This document shows, in pieces, positions 1 to 11,209 of a stretch of 64,000 nucleotides of DNA. The notes under the pieces were generated by a model. That model ran no database searches. It was not told where the DNA came from and worked only from the letters and a program-made list of their open reading frames with translations. The stretch is from Naegleria gruberi (Eukaryota). The stretch is from the NCBI GenBank assembly GCA_000004985.1, contig GG738845.1; one strand, given 5' to 3'. How positions within the stretch are numbered: the stretch's first letter is position 1; the number at the start of each line of letters is the position of its first letter. A program made the translations under genes and the position numbers.

Positions 1-2830
1 CAATAACACTTTCCTTAATAGATTGTAGCTGCAAAGAAAATTGTTTGTTAGAAGAATTTCCATAATCAATATCTTCTGAAATATCAATCAATTTTCCTCT
101 AATTTTAGAAAAGATGGTTGCACTTTCTTCCGAATCAAAATAGGACAAACATTCATCAAAAAAGCTGATCTCGATATCCAATTGAAGTATTCCATTAGCA
201 CAAGTGTCGTCTGGAAGAAGCATACAACAATCATTAAAATTTTTAAGAAGCTCTTTTTTAAGTTCCCTACAGACAAATGTTGGAAGATCAGCCCTAGCCT
301 TCATGTTAGCTTCGTGGTGAACTAGTGCTAGTCCAAGAAGAGTTTCTATCATATAGCTTCTAATTGTTGTAGGTGTAGAGGCAGTTGCCCACCTGAATCC
401 TGGATCGATAATACCTTTGCGAAGAGTGCTGGAGAGAGCAATAGCTTTTCGTCTTAGCCATTTCTTCAAAATTAAATTCGATAACTTGTCGAAAGTATTG
501 TACATATCCCTTACTAGCGAGGAGTTACTGAACTTTTCTTTTGGCTTTGTTTGAATTGGTGTCATATTCTCAATATCCAAATCATCAATGTCAATATCAT
601 CAAGGTTGTCATCTATTATTTCTAAATCCTCCTTACAAAGAATTTTCTCATCGAATGTATGTAGTATTTTTTCTAAGGCACCTCCCATATTGATCAATTC
701 ATATATGTTTCTCAATAATATCATTAGTTTCTTGTCTGGGTTAAGTCCACTATTAGAATATTGAGACAGGATTGCTGAGAAAGTTGTGCTTTTGCTTGTT
801 TTCATTGAGTTAAGAATATCTTTTTCATCAATATCCTTTGATAATTCAAATAATGTGTCGCCAAATGACAACAATGTCTCCACGAACATTTTTTTAATTT
901 CTGAAAAATTCTGTTTGAATTGTAACAAAATAAAACACTCACAGTGTACTTACATCTCCTGTTGTTGTTACTATTGTCAAGATATTAAGCAACTCATATA
1001 TGTGTTTCATAAATAATAATGGGAGTTGTGTCGTGTTGCTCTCTTTTACAATTATCCAATCCTCCTTATCATGTAATATTCTTATCTCTTCCATTGTTCT
1101 TTCACAATATTTGGTGATTGTCTCAGTTTTCAATTCTTGAGCAAAGTTAAAGAAAGGCACCGAAAATTTTGTTTTGATTTTCAATTCAGATATTGAATCC
1201 AACTTGGTAACAAAGTAATTCAAACTCTCAATAATAAATGACTGATTGCACTCGATACAATCTAACTTTTCAAATAATTCTCTACATAAAACTGAAAAAA
1301 GGTTGCAAATTTCAGTAAAAATTGACTCAATTTCAGCCTCTTTTTGTATTTTCTTTTCCCTATCTTTTAATGTAGCCAAGTCTGAAAAACCTCTTTTTGA
1401 CTTTTTTTGTTGGTTTGGTTCAAATTTATCGTCTAAACTGTATTTGGAAAACTTCCAAATTATTTGAAGGTTATCATATAAAATATCACACAACTTTTTT
1501 ACAGACTCTGCAACCAATAATTGGTAATTGGTATCAACCTTCTTTGTTTGATTTGTTTCAAGGGAGTCAAAAGACCACATGATTTCCTCTTCCAATAATA
1601 GGTGCTCAATGTCCATTCCTTCTGCTTGGTCATAAAAATCCGTTTCCCCTCTAAAAGATTTACCACTCTTAAGTTTAATAGAAGCATTTTTTTCTTCAAT
1701 AGAAGAGAAAATGTCTTGCATTTTGTCAATTAATGAATTAAATTGGTAACTAATAAAAAATTTGATTGGATCAACTTGTTTTGCATCCAATAAATACAGA
1801 TATCCAACGTATCTTTCCTTTACTTCAATGGAAACGCTTGAATCTTTAAGTTTAGAATAGAGTTCTGTTTTGACCTCATCCACCTGGCTCATTATTTGTT
1901 CTCTCAAGGATATCAAAACCTTAGAAGAGGTATTTCCCTTGATAAAATACTTTGCTTTTTTGTAGTCGAGGATAATTTTCTTATATTCTTTCTATTGAAA
2001 CTGAAACAATTTTTTCTGTCAAAAGTACTTACTCTTTCTCTATTTTGTTTAATGTCGGAAGGAATAATAAATAGAAATTTGAGTTTGTCTACGATATTTA
2101 CCATTGATCTAATTTCTTCTCCCATTTGTTGTGTTTTTATCATTGGCGAAAATAAGTTCTTACAGTATGATTGCAAATTATCAAATGATTGTTCCAAACC
2201 AGCAACTGCATTGTCATTAAATATATTTCTTCCTTCTCTATCGCCTATTAAAAACTCTTCCAACTTGTCTTTGAGGTAAATATATTTTTCCAGATTATCA
2301 TGCACAAATTGTCTCAGTTTGTTAGATTGAATTTCTTTTCTCCTAGTACAAGTTTTTTTAGCGTTCTTCAGTGCTGAAAAGCTAAATTTAGCATGAAGAT
2401 TACCTAAATATTTTGTAGGAATAAAACCATCCTCATATGGATTAAGGCCATGCTTAAGTTTTGAGGGTTGAAGATTTCTGAACAACGTAATCAATCGGAA
2501 ATGTAATGAACTTACTTTACAAGATCAAGAGGATCATCACATCTGTCTTGATCCGTTGGGTTTTTTTGTTTTTTTATCCCACTTTGTTTCTCTTTGTGGA
2601 GCTGTAAACGCTCAAGTAAATCTTCCACCTTACTTGCTTGCCTCCATGTTGAGGGTGCTGAATTAAGTACTTCTTCTTCATCGATAATTTCGTCTTCTTC
2701 CTCCTCCTCCCCATCATCATTAAACCAGTCATCCTCTTCCTCATCAATTTTTGTTTCACTTTCCTTAGAGTCTGCAAAACTTTCCTCGGATTGACCATTT
2801 TTTTAAATATTTTATTAATATTCAATCTTG
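1..2830 (-). CDS. Multi-exon gene whose C-terminus runs off the window start; large hypothetical protein, possibly a CATCHR-type vesicle-tethering subunit (COG/GARP/exocyst-like), family unresolved. Exons are about 2518-2830 (5' structure uncertain), 2033-2479, 954-1991 and 1-910; introns are 2480-2517 (38 nt, GTAAGT..CAG), 1992-2032 (41 nt, GTAAGT..TAG) and 911-953 (43 nt).
   Basis: Track ORFs 1913..2494 and 939..1916 plus an open minus-strand frame across 1-910. The 41-nt intron 1992-2032 explains the apparent frame switch at 1913-1916. Product guess rests only on helical composition and weak motif resemblance. Confidence 0.5.
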
Positions 2831-2887
2831 TAGAGGGTTGGTCGGGATTTGGCAATCTTTACCCTAGAAGAAATTCGTAGTTTAGCA

Positions 2888-5800
2888 TCAGAAAACTCTT
2901 GTTGGAAAGTACGTGNNNNNNNNNNNNNNNNNNNNNNNNNNNNNNNNNNNNNNNNNNNNNNNNNNGTAAATTCTCAAGGTACTATTAAGAGATTGATCAC
3001 CTTCCATAGCAAACCATTGGCTTCTGTTCTGGTAGTCAATTTGAAATCTTCCAGTTATATGTCCACTATTAATCATTTGAACACTCATTCTGTAAACATC
3101 ACCAACCATCAAAGACCCAAAATTACAGGAATTTGGAAACACTTGAATATTACTCAGACCTGGTTGAGGAGAGGGTGATGATATGGTTTCTCTTGTAATT
3201 GAAGATTTTTGCATATCACTCCTAGATGGAAGTTTCTTTTCCATGGTTTTTTGAGGTTGGTTTGGTGTTTTCATGGAGGATGTTTTCACCTTGATTTTGG
3301 AAGGATCATGCAGAGATTTGTATTCATCATTTGGAACGGCTTCAGCAGTTTTGATGAATGATTTCTTGAACCAAACCGATTTGCTAACATTTTCCACAGA
3401 ATAAAAACTTGGATCTTGAGAGTTTCCTTTTCTAGTCGATTCGGTTTTGGTATCGTAATTGTCTCCTTCGTTGTGGACTGGTAAATAATTGGGTTCTATA
3501 TTTTCGTTCTCTGAATACTCTTCATTAGTTTCTACACTTGCCTCTTCATTGGATTGTTCTGGAAGGCTTTCATTCTTTTCCTTTTTTTCCTTCTTTGGAA
3601 TTCCTAACACCAACGTTTTCCAAACTTCTAAAGCTTCAGGTTCGTGCCAGTATTTAGGAGTATTGCTATTTTTCTTTTCCTGCTTGTACTCATTAATGTT
3701 TAGCCCTCTATCTTTTTCTATTTCATCTTTTTTAACCACTTGAATGACTGTAAAATCCTCAGGATTCTGTTCCTCCTCTATTGGTGCTTCCTTTTCAAAG
3801 ATGTTATTTTCGGAGAATATAGTTGTTAATTCATTCTTGATTTCTTCTTCCTTTTGCTTTTGGTCTTCACTCCTGATATCACCCTCTTCAGAATTTTCTT
3901 TTGAATATCCTTCTTTTCTTACTCTCCATTCTTTCCATCGATTGAATTTATCCCTTAATTTAGATCTATCATCTATTGACAGAGGTCTATACTTGTTGAA
4001 ATGCCTGTGATAGTATAGAGAAGGATCAGCCGTTTTCAGTCTGCCAAGAGGAATGACAGCTTTTGGTAGGGAGTAATAATTTTCGGGGCTTTCCAAATAT
4101 TTAGTTCCTTGATCGTATTTAGTATAGATATGAACAGAAGAAACACTTCTAAACTCTCCAACCATATCTTCAGAAATATTAATCTTCTCAGGATTCGATC
4201 TTGATGCATCAGTAAATGGCGCAATAAAGCTTTCTGGAAGATACTCAAAAGCATATGAACCTTTCATGGATAACTCAAAAAGTCGAGGTTGAATTAAGAA
4301 TTTGTGACTGTTGTCCTTTGGAATTTCTCCAATAACAGAAACAGGAGGTAATCCAATTTTGTTCTTTTTGAAATAATTGATAAGAGACTGAGAAAGTGCA
4401 TATGTTTCCATGTCTTCTTGAGTACCATCTGTTTCCTCAGCCGTGATACCATTTGACTCATCTTGTTCTGGTGGTATTGAGGAGCTCTTAGGTCTTTTAC
4501 TTCTGGAGACTTTTGGTGTACATGCTCTGCTTGCTTTTCTTTCTTCAATAAGCATTCTTTCGTTGTGAATATCCTTTTGATTTTTTTCACTTTCTTGATA
4601 GAATTTGATCATTGATCTACCTGTTCCTGTGACTACAAATTCATGGCCAACAATATCAATCATTTTCATTCCTCCATTCAAATAATCGAAAGAGTACATT
4701 CCAAAATAATACTTGGAGGACTTTTTTTGGAATCTTTCTTTGTTGATTGAGGTAAAGGATAAACTGGATGGCTCTAAATCAACAAAATTTTTTTCTAAAT
4801 CAATAGTAATCATATGACCTAGTTTGGAAAGGGTAAATTGCTTTCTGTCTCTGTAGGTAAATAAAGATTGGTCTGGAAGTTCATACAAAATCTTATCTTT
4901 GAGAATTTTAACACTTGCAAAACCGCTTCTTTCGATAAGGGTATAAAAATCATTAACATGAATAAACTCATCTTCATCTTCTTCGTCATCAACAAAAACT
5001 TGACCATGAACAACTGGACATCTCCAAATACGGAAGCCATCAGAATATTGAACCAGTTGAGAACTGTCACTGAAAATCACTTTCATAACTAAATCTTCTC
5101 TTACATGGACTTCTGCATCCTTCCATGCATCAACATTTTTAACATATTTAACAGTGTCTAAATTCAAAATAGTTCCATCTAATAGCTCTACACACCTTGC
5201 ACCTGTCGGGGCAGTCTTTAAGCATGAACCGTCAGAATTAAAGTGATGAATTTCGCTGCTTGGAAATAATGTTTGCGAAATATCCCCTTCAAATCTCCTT
5301 ATTATTGCTCCGTCTTTTGTTACAGTTAGAGAAAGCTCTCTTACAAGCTTCTTTTCAACTGTATCAGTAGTAGAGTTCCATATTTCAATTAATTCTTCTA
5401 CAGGATGTAAACTAATAGTCATCTTGTCAGTAGAATTTCTATCTAATCCTTTAAACCCAGTACCAAAAACCTTCTTCTTAGATTTTAATTGTGAGGGATA
5501 GAATTGATGGATAGATCCATCTTGCATTAAGCGTATTTGAAGGCCGTTATTGCAACTGAAGTCAACCTCTGTCGATTTAGCATCAACTTGGTCTTGTAAA
5601 AATGCTATTAGACTAGAATCATCCTCAAAAGAACAGGAAAAATATGACTTTCTTTTCAACATATTATGAGGATTATCCAAACTGTTAATGGTATTTTTAA
5701 ATCCAAAAACAAGCCCATCCTTTTCAACAGTACAAGAAATGCTCTTGTCTGTACAATATTCCGACTTTAGATAAATGATTGAACCATCACTTGGGTAAAG

Positions 5801-8182
5801 GTTGACTGTATCAATATAAATGTCTGCACCTTTGCCTTCAAATATATATCTTTCATTTTTAGGATCGAGAATGATATCATGAGGCACTTTTGGTAGATGT
5901 GGAAGGGGAAGTGCAAGAATATTTTGAATGGTTGAAGAGGTTTCCTGAGTATCTTTGTGATGATCTTCGTCTTCTGCTCCAAATTGAGACAATTTCTGTA
6001 TCCTTTTGTGACATTCATTATATTCCTTATCAAATTGAATTTTAAATTGATCTGAAAAATAGGTTTGATAGTTAGAAAACCACTCCAAAAAATACTCATT
6101 AAGGGAGAACCTTTTAAGCATGGAAATACGTTCGTATCTACAAGGCGGTACCTCATTGTAAAAAGCTAAAAGGACCGAATTATTCAACTCGTTATATTTT
6201 GAAATCAGGCTTGGCTTTTCAAATAATCCAATATATGAAATAACCTCAATCATTGTTTCAACATTAAAATGTTCTTCTACATTACGATCACCCAAGTCTA
6301 AATCAACTCCTTTCTCTCTTAGCATTTCCTCAAACTCCATCATTACTAATTCTTTGTCTACTTCTTCTCTAGAATATTTGTAAGGTCCATGAATATCCTC
6401 GTCCTTTCCAGAAAGGAAGTGATAAATTTCTGTTTTTATACTCACTCTCTCTTCTTCTGTTTCTATTGTAGCGGTTTGATTACTTAGCTCAGGAAATAAG
6501 TGAAGCATTCTAGTAACTTTTCTTTCAATGTCAATATTTGTTGTATCGTGATGTATTGGAATTGTGCAAAGAGCATGTTCTGATATTTTGGAGCCAAATG
6601 GTATTAATGACAAACCTCCCACCTTCTCCAAAGTATTTATGGCAGGTCTTTGCCTCTCTTTCAAATCAGATACTTCTAAAAAGTTTATGCTTGGGTTGAA
6701 AGCAGTGTGTAAAAGGTTAGTTAAGCTTTCTGTATAATCTTTGGTTAGTTTTTTATCATCTCCATTGGATGAGAGCTCATATTTATCTTCAACTGTTTTG
6801 ACCAGTTGTTCTATTAGACAATGAAGGATTACAGCTTCAGAACAGCAACTGTCTGGTATATTTTCGAGTAACTTGTTGTAATAACTCAAATCCAATATTG
6901 TATTTTCATCCGAAACATAAACTTGTTCAAGTTTTCCAATAGCTTTTTCGTAATCGTCATAACGATTCATAATTACTTGAGCATATTTTTCTAATGTGGA
7001 GAAAAATCTACCAACTTCTCTCTCTAAACTATCACCTGGATCAAATTTTGAGTTATCGTCATCATATGTATACTCAACGAAAGAATGATTGATTTGTAAA
7101 ATATTTCGAATAAATCCTGAAATATTTTCATCTCTCAATTTACAAGAATGTTCAATAATTTGGCAAAGTCTGGTATCTGGTTTAAAAGTAGATGTTGGTG
7201 TTGCTTGTGTTGATCCCTTCTTTTGAGAACCAGTTTTAGTAGCACTCTTGGGACGTTTTGCGTCAGTGCTTTTTGGACGTTTTTTCTTGTCACCAAGTCT
7301 TTGTGAAAGATCTTCGTCCATTATTGGGGGAGGACCTCTTTTCTTTTCTTTTCCCAACTTAACAACACAATCAAAGTTTACCCCACAATCCATTAATAAA
7401 TTAATATCTTCTTTTGTTGCTGGAAAATCTTTGAACAAAAAGTAGAGAATGGGCTCATTCTTAACAATAAAACCTTCTTCTCTTGGGGTGATTGCTGCAT
7501 TTTCGATAATTTGATTGGAAATTTCTTGTTCATTATTAATTATTGCTTGTTCGGAAGGTTTTTTGTTTTTGTCAAATTTTTCTTTTTCCTTTCTTTTTTC
7601 CTCCTCTTTCTTTTGTAAATCTACTTGCTTTTTCTTTTCATCTTCAGATTTCTTTTTTAAATAATCATCTATCTGGAAAGAAATAAACCTTTTGTAAATG
7701 AGCCCAATTAGCCTCTTTCTATCATTTTTTAGCTCTGAAAGTCTATTTTGTTTTGCTTGCTCCTCTGCTTCCGGATTTTTTGATGTTTTTGAGTTGCCCA
7801 TCAATTTTGTTTCTTCAGCCAAATTCTTTTCATATTCTGCATATTCTTCAAATTTTTGTATTTTGGCTCCTTGTATTACTTCATTATATATTAATACTCG
7901 GAATTTGCTGGTGTCGATGGATGAATGAATTGTGGTGAAATTTCCAAATATTGTTTCTAAAAGAGATTCCCTCTCCTCTGCCTCTAATTGTTGGATAGCA
8001 TCAGGAGATAAACTTTCATTCAGTGGAGTTACTGGAGTAGATGATGGAACTTTAAGTGTTTCCGAAGGTGTATTTTGATTTGTTGGTTCCTGAGAAACAA
8101 GAGGATAATCGGTATCCAAAAAATAAGAAAAGTAACGAAAATCCCTCTCGTAAGGTTTTTGGATATGTCTCATTATGATCAA
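2888..8182 (-). CDS. Giant 1764-aa protein, single exon as far as can be seen; K/E-rich central region and a C-terminal ASH/MSP (PapD-like) beta-sandwich motif. Possibly a ciliary protein such as SPAG17/PF6. The C-terminus crosses the N-gap, so the true stop is uncertain.
   Basis: 5.3-kb uninterrupted ORF. The C-terminal motif reads NIQVFPNSCNFGSLMVGDVYRMSVQMINSGHITGRFQI, which matches the ASH/MSP pattern. A-run before ATG. Confidence 0.6.
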   Translation of the reverse strand: MIIMRHIQKPYERDFRYFSYFLDTDYPLVSQEPTNQNTPSETLKVPSSTPVTPLNESLSPDAIQQLEAEERESLLETIFGNFTTIHSSIDTSKFRVLIYNEVIQGAKIQKFEEYAEYEKNLAEETKLMGNSKTSKNPEAEEQAKQNRLSELKNDRKRLIGLIYKRFISFQIDDYLKKKSEDEKKKQVDLQKKEEEKRKEKEKFDKNKKPSEQAIINNEQEISNQIIENAAITPREEGFIVKNEPILYFLFKDFPATKEDINLLMDCGVNFDCVVKLGKEKKRGPPPIMDEDLSQRLGDKKKRPKSTDAKRPKSATKTGSQKKGSTQATPTSTFKPDTRLCQIIEHSCKLRDENISGFIRNILQINHSFVEYTYDDDNSKFDPGDSLEREVGRFFSTLEKYAQVIMNRYDDYEKAIGKLEQVYVSDENTILDLSYYNKLLENIPDSCCSEAVILHCLIEQLVKTVEDKYELSSNGDDKKLTKDYTESLTNLLHTAFNPSINFLEVSDLKERQRPAINTLEKVGGLSLIPFGSKISEHALCTIPIHHDTTNIDIERKVTRMLHLFPELSNQTATIETEEERVSIKTEIYHFLSGKDEDIHGPYKYSREEVDKELVMMEFEEMLREKGVDLDLGDRNVEEHFNVETMIEVISYIGLFEKPSLISKYNELNNSVLLAFYNEVPPCRYERISMLKRFSLNEYFLEWFSNYQTYFSDQFKIQFDKEYNECHKRIQKLSQFGAEDEDHHKDTQETSSTIQNILALPLPHLPKVPHDIILDPKNERYIFEGKGADIYIDTVNLYPSDGSIIYLKSEYCTDKSISCTVEKDGLVFGFKNTINSLDNPHNMLKRKSYFSCSFEDDSSLIAFLQDQVDAKSTEVDFSCNNGLQIRLMQDGSIHQFYPSQLKSKKKVFGTGFKGLDRNSTDKMTISLHPVEELIEIWNSTTDTVEKKLVRELSLTVTKDGAIIRRFEGDISQTLFPSSEIHHFNSDGSCLKTAPTGARCVELLDGTILNLDTVKYVKNVDAWKDAEVHVREDLVMKVIFSDSSQLVQYSDGFRIWRCPVVHGQVFVDDEEDEDEFIHVNDFYTLIERSGFASVKILKDKILYELPDQSLFTYRDRKQFTLSKLGHMITIDLEKNFVDLEPSSLSFTSINKERFQKKSSKYYFGMYSFDYLNGGMKMIDIVGHEFVVTGTGRSMIKFYQESEKNQKDIHNERMLIEERKASRACTPKVSRSKRPKSSSIPPEQDESNGITAEETDGTQEDMETYALSQSLINYFKKNKIGLPPVSVIGEIPKDNSHKFLIQPRLFELSMKGSYAFEYLPESFIAPFTDASRSNPEKINISEDMVGEFRSVSSVHIYTKYDQGTKYLESPENYYSLPKAVIPLGRLKTADPSLYYHRHFNKYRPLSIDDRSKLRDKFNRWKEWRVRKEGYSKENSEEGDIRSEDQKQKEEEIKNELTTIFSENNIFEKEAPIEEEQNPEDFTVIQVVKKDEIEKDRGLNINEYKQEKKNSNTPKYWHEPEALEVWKTLVLGIPKKEKKEKNESLPEQSNEEASVETNEEYSENENIEPNYLPVHNEGDNYDTKTESTRKGNSQDPSFYSVENVSKSVWFKKSFIKTAEAVPNDEYKSLHDPSKIKVKTSSMKTPNQPQKTMEKKLPSRSDMQKSSITRETISSPSPQPGLSNIQVFPNSCNFGSLMVGDVYRMSVQMINSGHITGRFQIDYQNRSQWFAMEGDQSLNSTLRIYXXXXXXXXXXXXXXXXXTYFPTRVF
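2916..2965. other. Assembly gap (50 N) inside the 3' end of the 1764-aa gene
   Basis: Run of n characters in the sequence. Confidence 0.99.
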
Positions 8183-8259
8183 TTTTTTTTAAATTTATTG
8201 TACGTTTTAATGGCGGGAAATGTTTTTTCAAAATTACAATTTTGTTCTACGGAAATAAC

Positions 8260-10581
8260 TTAGTAATTCATTTCCATCATGTATTTTCTGTCAGCCTCTC
8301 TGAATAAACTTCCTTCATTTGGGTAGGGATCTTTGGGAGGGGAATTATTTGTGAGTGTAGTTCTATTTTGTTTTGTTTTTTCTTCTGTTTTTCCTGTCCT
8401 ATATTTCCACCTTTTGATTCTTTCTCTTTCCTTTTCCATTTTAATTATTTGGTTTTTGAACCCCCAAATTCCCATATCATGAGTTTTCGCAAATATTTCA
8501 GCTTCTTTCAGCACCCTCATTTGTTGAGAAATGAATGGTTTGGAAATACTGGTCAAGTTATGCTCTTCAACTCTTGAATCTGACGAATCAAAGTGAAGTG
8601 CAGCTAACCCTTGTTCAACAACCCACTTATTAATCCATATTCTTTCAGGAAGGTCAATACTTAATATATCTTTTTTTATCATTTGGGTTGATTTAAGACA
8701 ATCATCTCCTTCAGAGACCAGCCAAACGTCACACGGAAGAGAGCTGTCCAAACTATTAATTTCCTTTCCAGTATTGTTTGATTTTGTAATAGCTATAGTG
8801 GTTGTTGGTATAAAAACTATTACCTGTTTCCCAATTAATTTGGTAGTAAGAGGGCCATAAGCGGTGGATGCTTTATTCTCACCATCAACAATAAAGGAAA
8901 TTTTGTCAAGATACAAATATATCATAATTGAAGCAGTATGCTCCGTTTCTTCATTGTGCTTACTCGCCCTTGAACGAGGTGAGTTCATCATTCTTGGAGA
9001 AAGAATAGGATCAGTAATTGGTTTTTTTTGGTATGATACAATAATATTCATTATTAAGCTAATAGGATCTATGAATACTACTTTCCCAGGAAGTGTTTTT
9101 CCTGAAAGATGGTCCATGAAAAATGTTCTTGGAGTTCTTGGAGAAATTAAATTGTGAGCAACATTATTAGAAACCTGGGAAGAGTTAATCATTGAGGAGT
9201 TTAAGGAGTTTAAGGATGGAACAACCTTAGCTAGTTTCTCTTTTGTTGTGCTGGAATTATCATTTCCTGTTGATTGAAAGGCTGACATGATAGCTTCCTC
9301 ATATGCCATTAAATGGCCCATTTTGTTTGAAAGAGATTCTGAAAGATCTCTCAATGTTGTGTTTCTCTTTTGAGAAAGAAGACCTTGCTCAGTCAATCGT
9401 AAAGCGTGGAAACTTTCCAACCTTTCGTTCCATCTTGTGAAAATTTTCTCTTTTTCCTCCTCTTCATCTTTATGGAATTTGCTTGAAGCTCCATCTCTAT
9501 ATGTTTCAAGAAAATTTTCTTCATTACCATCCTCAAGTTCCTTCATTAAATCTTGCATTGTTGGTGACCTTAACGATTCATCATCTATTCCTTTCCTTTT
9601 TTTAAGTTTGTTCAAAGCTGTCATCATTTTTTTTCTCAGTTCTACCCACTCCTTGCTTTTAGTATCAGAAACCTTGTTAGGAGAGAAACTGAAATTTGTT
9701 TTAGATGATGTACCCAACTCAAAATCAATTAATCTCTCCATCCACGCTTCTCCAAGAAGTAGTTTGTATTCATCATTAGTTAAAACAACAAGTCTATTGA
9801 AGGGTATTGACTCTTTTACATTGAAATAATGCAAAAAAACACCATCTTTAAATAAAACACTTATTACTGCTTCCTTTTCTTTACACTCTATCACCAAACC
9901 TACTTTAAGATTATTGGGTTTCACACTATCTAGAGAAACTTTTCCACAAGTGGGAGTAGTAAACAAGTTTCGTTGACTTAAACTAGGAAGGCTTGGTGGA
10001 GCTTTGCTTAATGTGTTTGCTTTAGCTCTAGAAAAAGCTACTGTCTTTTTTTCCTTTCCATTTGCATATATATCTGCTCTTCTCTGAAGAGATGAGTGAA
10101 GATACTCATCATATTCTCTTTGTTTTACATAATTTTCCATGCTTTTGTATTTTGGTCTTTTTGCTTGATGATCTGAACTGGATAAATCCAATTCATCATC
10201 AAATTCTGTTAGAAATGGCCCCTTAGAGGTGATTTCCTTCTCTCTATGAAACAATAACTTGTTTGAATTTTTGTATATTGGTGACAGGGACAGATTTTCT
10301 GAATAGTCACCGCTTTGTGCTAGTGATCTGTTCAGATAAGGTGCATTGTATTTTCGGAATGAATTACTTCTTTCTGTTAATGGTTTTTCATCAAAACCGT
10401 TATTACTGTCACTAGATGAAGGTCTTAAACTTTTTTCTAATTTCTTTGAATCCACAGCTTGTTGTATTTGTGAACTAATGTTTTTTTTTCTTAAATAAGT
10501 TGGGAGTGCATTTGGTTCAAAAGCCTCCAACAACACCATTACAAATTGTCCTTCCCTTGGTTTTGAACAGCCTAAATTCAT
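8260..10581 (-). CDS. 773-aa hypothetical protein with a C-terminal staphylococcal-nuclease-like (SNase/thermonuclease) domain
   Basis: Single ORF. The C-terminal segment (LPCDVWLVSEGD...LKEAEIFAKTHDMGIWGF) matches the SNase pattern (AE..AK...G.W). Confidence 0.6.
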   Translation of the reverse strand: MNLGCSKPREGQFVMVLLEAFEPNALPTYLRKKNISSQIQQAVDSKKLEKSLRPSSSDSNNGFDEKPLTERSNSFRKYNAPYLNRSLAQSGDYSENLSLSPIYKNSNKLLFHREKEITSKGPFLTEFDDELDLSSSDHQAKRPKYKSMENYVKQREYDEYLHSSLQRRADIYANGKEKKTVAFSRAKANTLSKAPPSLPSLSQRNLFTTPTCGKVSLDSVKPNNLKVGLVIECKEKEAVISVLFKDGVFLHYFNVKESIPFNRLVVLTNDEYKLLLGEAWMERLIDFELGTSSKTNFSFSPNKVSDTKSKEWVELRKKMMTALNKLKKRKGIDDESLRSPTMQDLMKELEDGNEENFLETYRDGASSKFHKDEEEEKEKIFTRWNERLESFHALRLTEQGLLSQKRNTTLRDLSESLSNKMGHLMAYEEAIMSAFQSTGNDNSSTTKEKLAKVVPSLNSLNSSMINSSQVSNNVAHNLISPRTPRTFFMDHLSGKTLPGKVVFIDPISLIMNIIVSYQKKPITDPILSPRMMNSPRSRASKHNEETEHTASIMIYLYLDKISFIVDGENKASTAYGPLTTKLIGKQVIVFIPTTTIAITKSNNTGKEINSLDSSLPCDVWLVSEGDDCLKSTQMIKKDILSIDLPERIWINKWVVEQGLAALHFDSSDSRVEEHNLTSISKPFISQQMRVLKEAEIFAKTHDMGIWGFKNQIIKMEKERERIKRWKYRTGKTEEKTKQNRTTLTNNSPPKDPYPNEGSLFREADRKYMMEMNY

Positions 10582-10653
10582 TTCTCCTCAATCCGTTAAG
10601 TCTCATAAGTCATGTATTTTTTTTTAGTTGAATACGTTTTGGCGGTTTATTGC

Positions 10654-10667
10654 GGGGGGGGAGATCT
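10654..10667. repeat. Left terminal inverted repeat GGGGGGGGAGATCT
   Basis: Perfect reverse complement of 11145-11158. Confidence 0.7.
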
Positions 10668-11144
10668 CCAGTCTATGGTCCACTCTATTCCTTATTAACA
10701 TATTAGTTCTCTACAGTTTTCTAACCACCTAAATATGAACCCTATTATTATTAGATTTATTAAAAAAAAATGTCACAACCTAATTACATGGTCAACCCAC
10801 ACATGTGATGGAATTGGTAGAATCAAATACTGATATACTAATTGTCTGCACTAAACCAATAAACAAACTTTCTCTTACTATAATGTCATTCTTATCAACG
10901 AAATTAAAATAAGTTTCCGAAGCTGAAAAGAATTGTTTAAAAGTAAACATGTGGTTAAACATATTGTTCATGTGATGTATCAAGAAAACTATCAACAAAT
11001 TAAATGAAATTATGTTTGTGAGCGGAGTAGTCAAACAACAACAATCCAATTTTTTAAATTATTTTTTTAATTACAAAAGCGTCACTGTAGAGACTAAAAA
11101 TGGTGTTCCCGCCACAGGCAGACCTCCAGTGGTTTGTCAGCACT

Positions 11145-11158
11145 AGATCTCCCCCCCC
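11145..11158. repeat. Right terminal inverted repeat AGATCTCCCCCCCC
   Basis: Perfect reverse complement of 10654-10667. Confidence 0.7.
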
Positions 11159-11209
11159 GTTTATTGATTACTCAGTTACATATCTTCAATCACAAACAAT
11201 CACAAAAAA

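Larger units (their letters stand above)
10653..11158. mobile_element. MITE-like non-autonomous DNA transposon, 506 bp, with perfect 14-bp terminal inverted repeats and an 8-bp target-site duplication
   Basis: Left end reads cGGGGGGGGAGATCT (10653-10667) and right end AGATCTCCCCCCCC (11145-11158). Both are flanked by the direct repeat GTTTATTG (10645-10652 and 11159-11166). The ends are GC-rich in an AT-rich spacer and the interior has no credible ORF. Confidence 0.55.

Noticed and set aside
2594-2794. Plus-strand serine-rich ORF (66 aa) and other short antisense ORFs across the window
   Set aside because: These are low-complexity mirror translations of acidic and basic coding sequence on the opposite strand. 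They have no start context and overlap well-supported genes.
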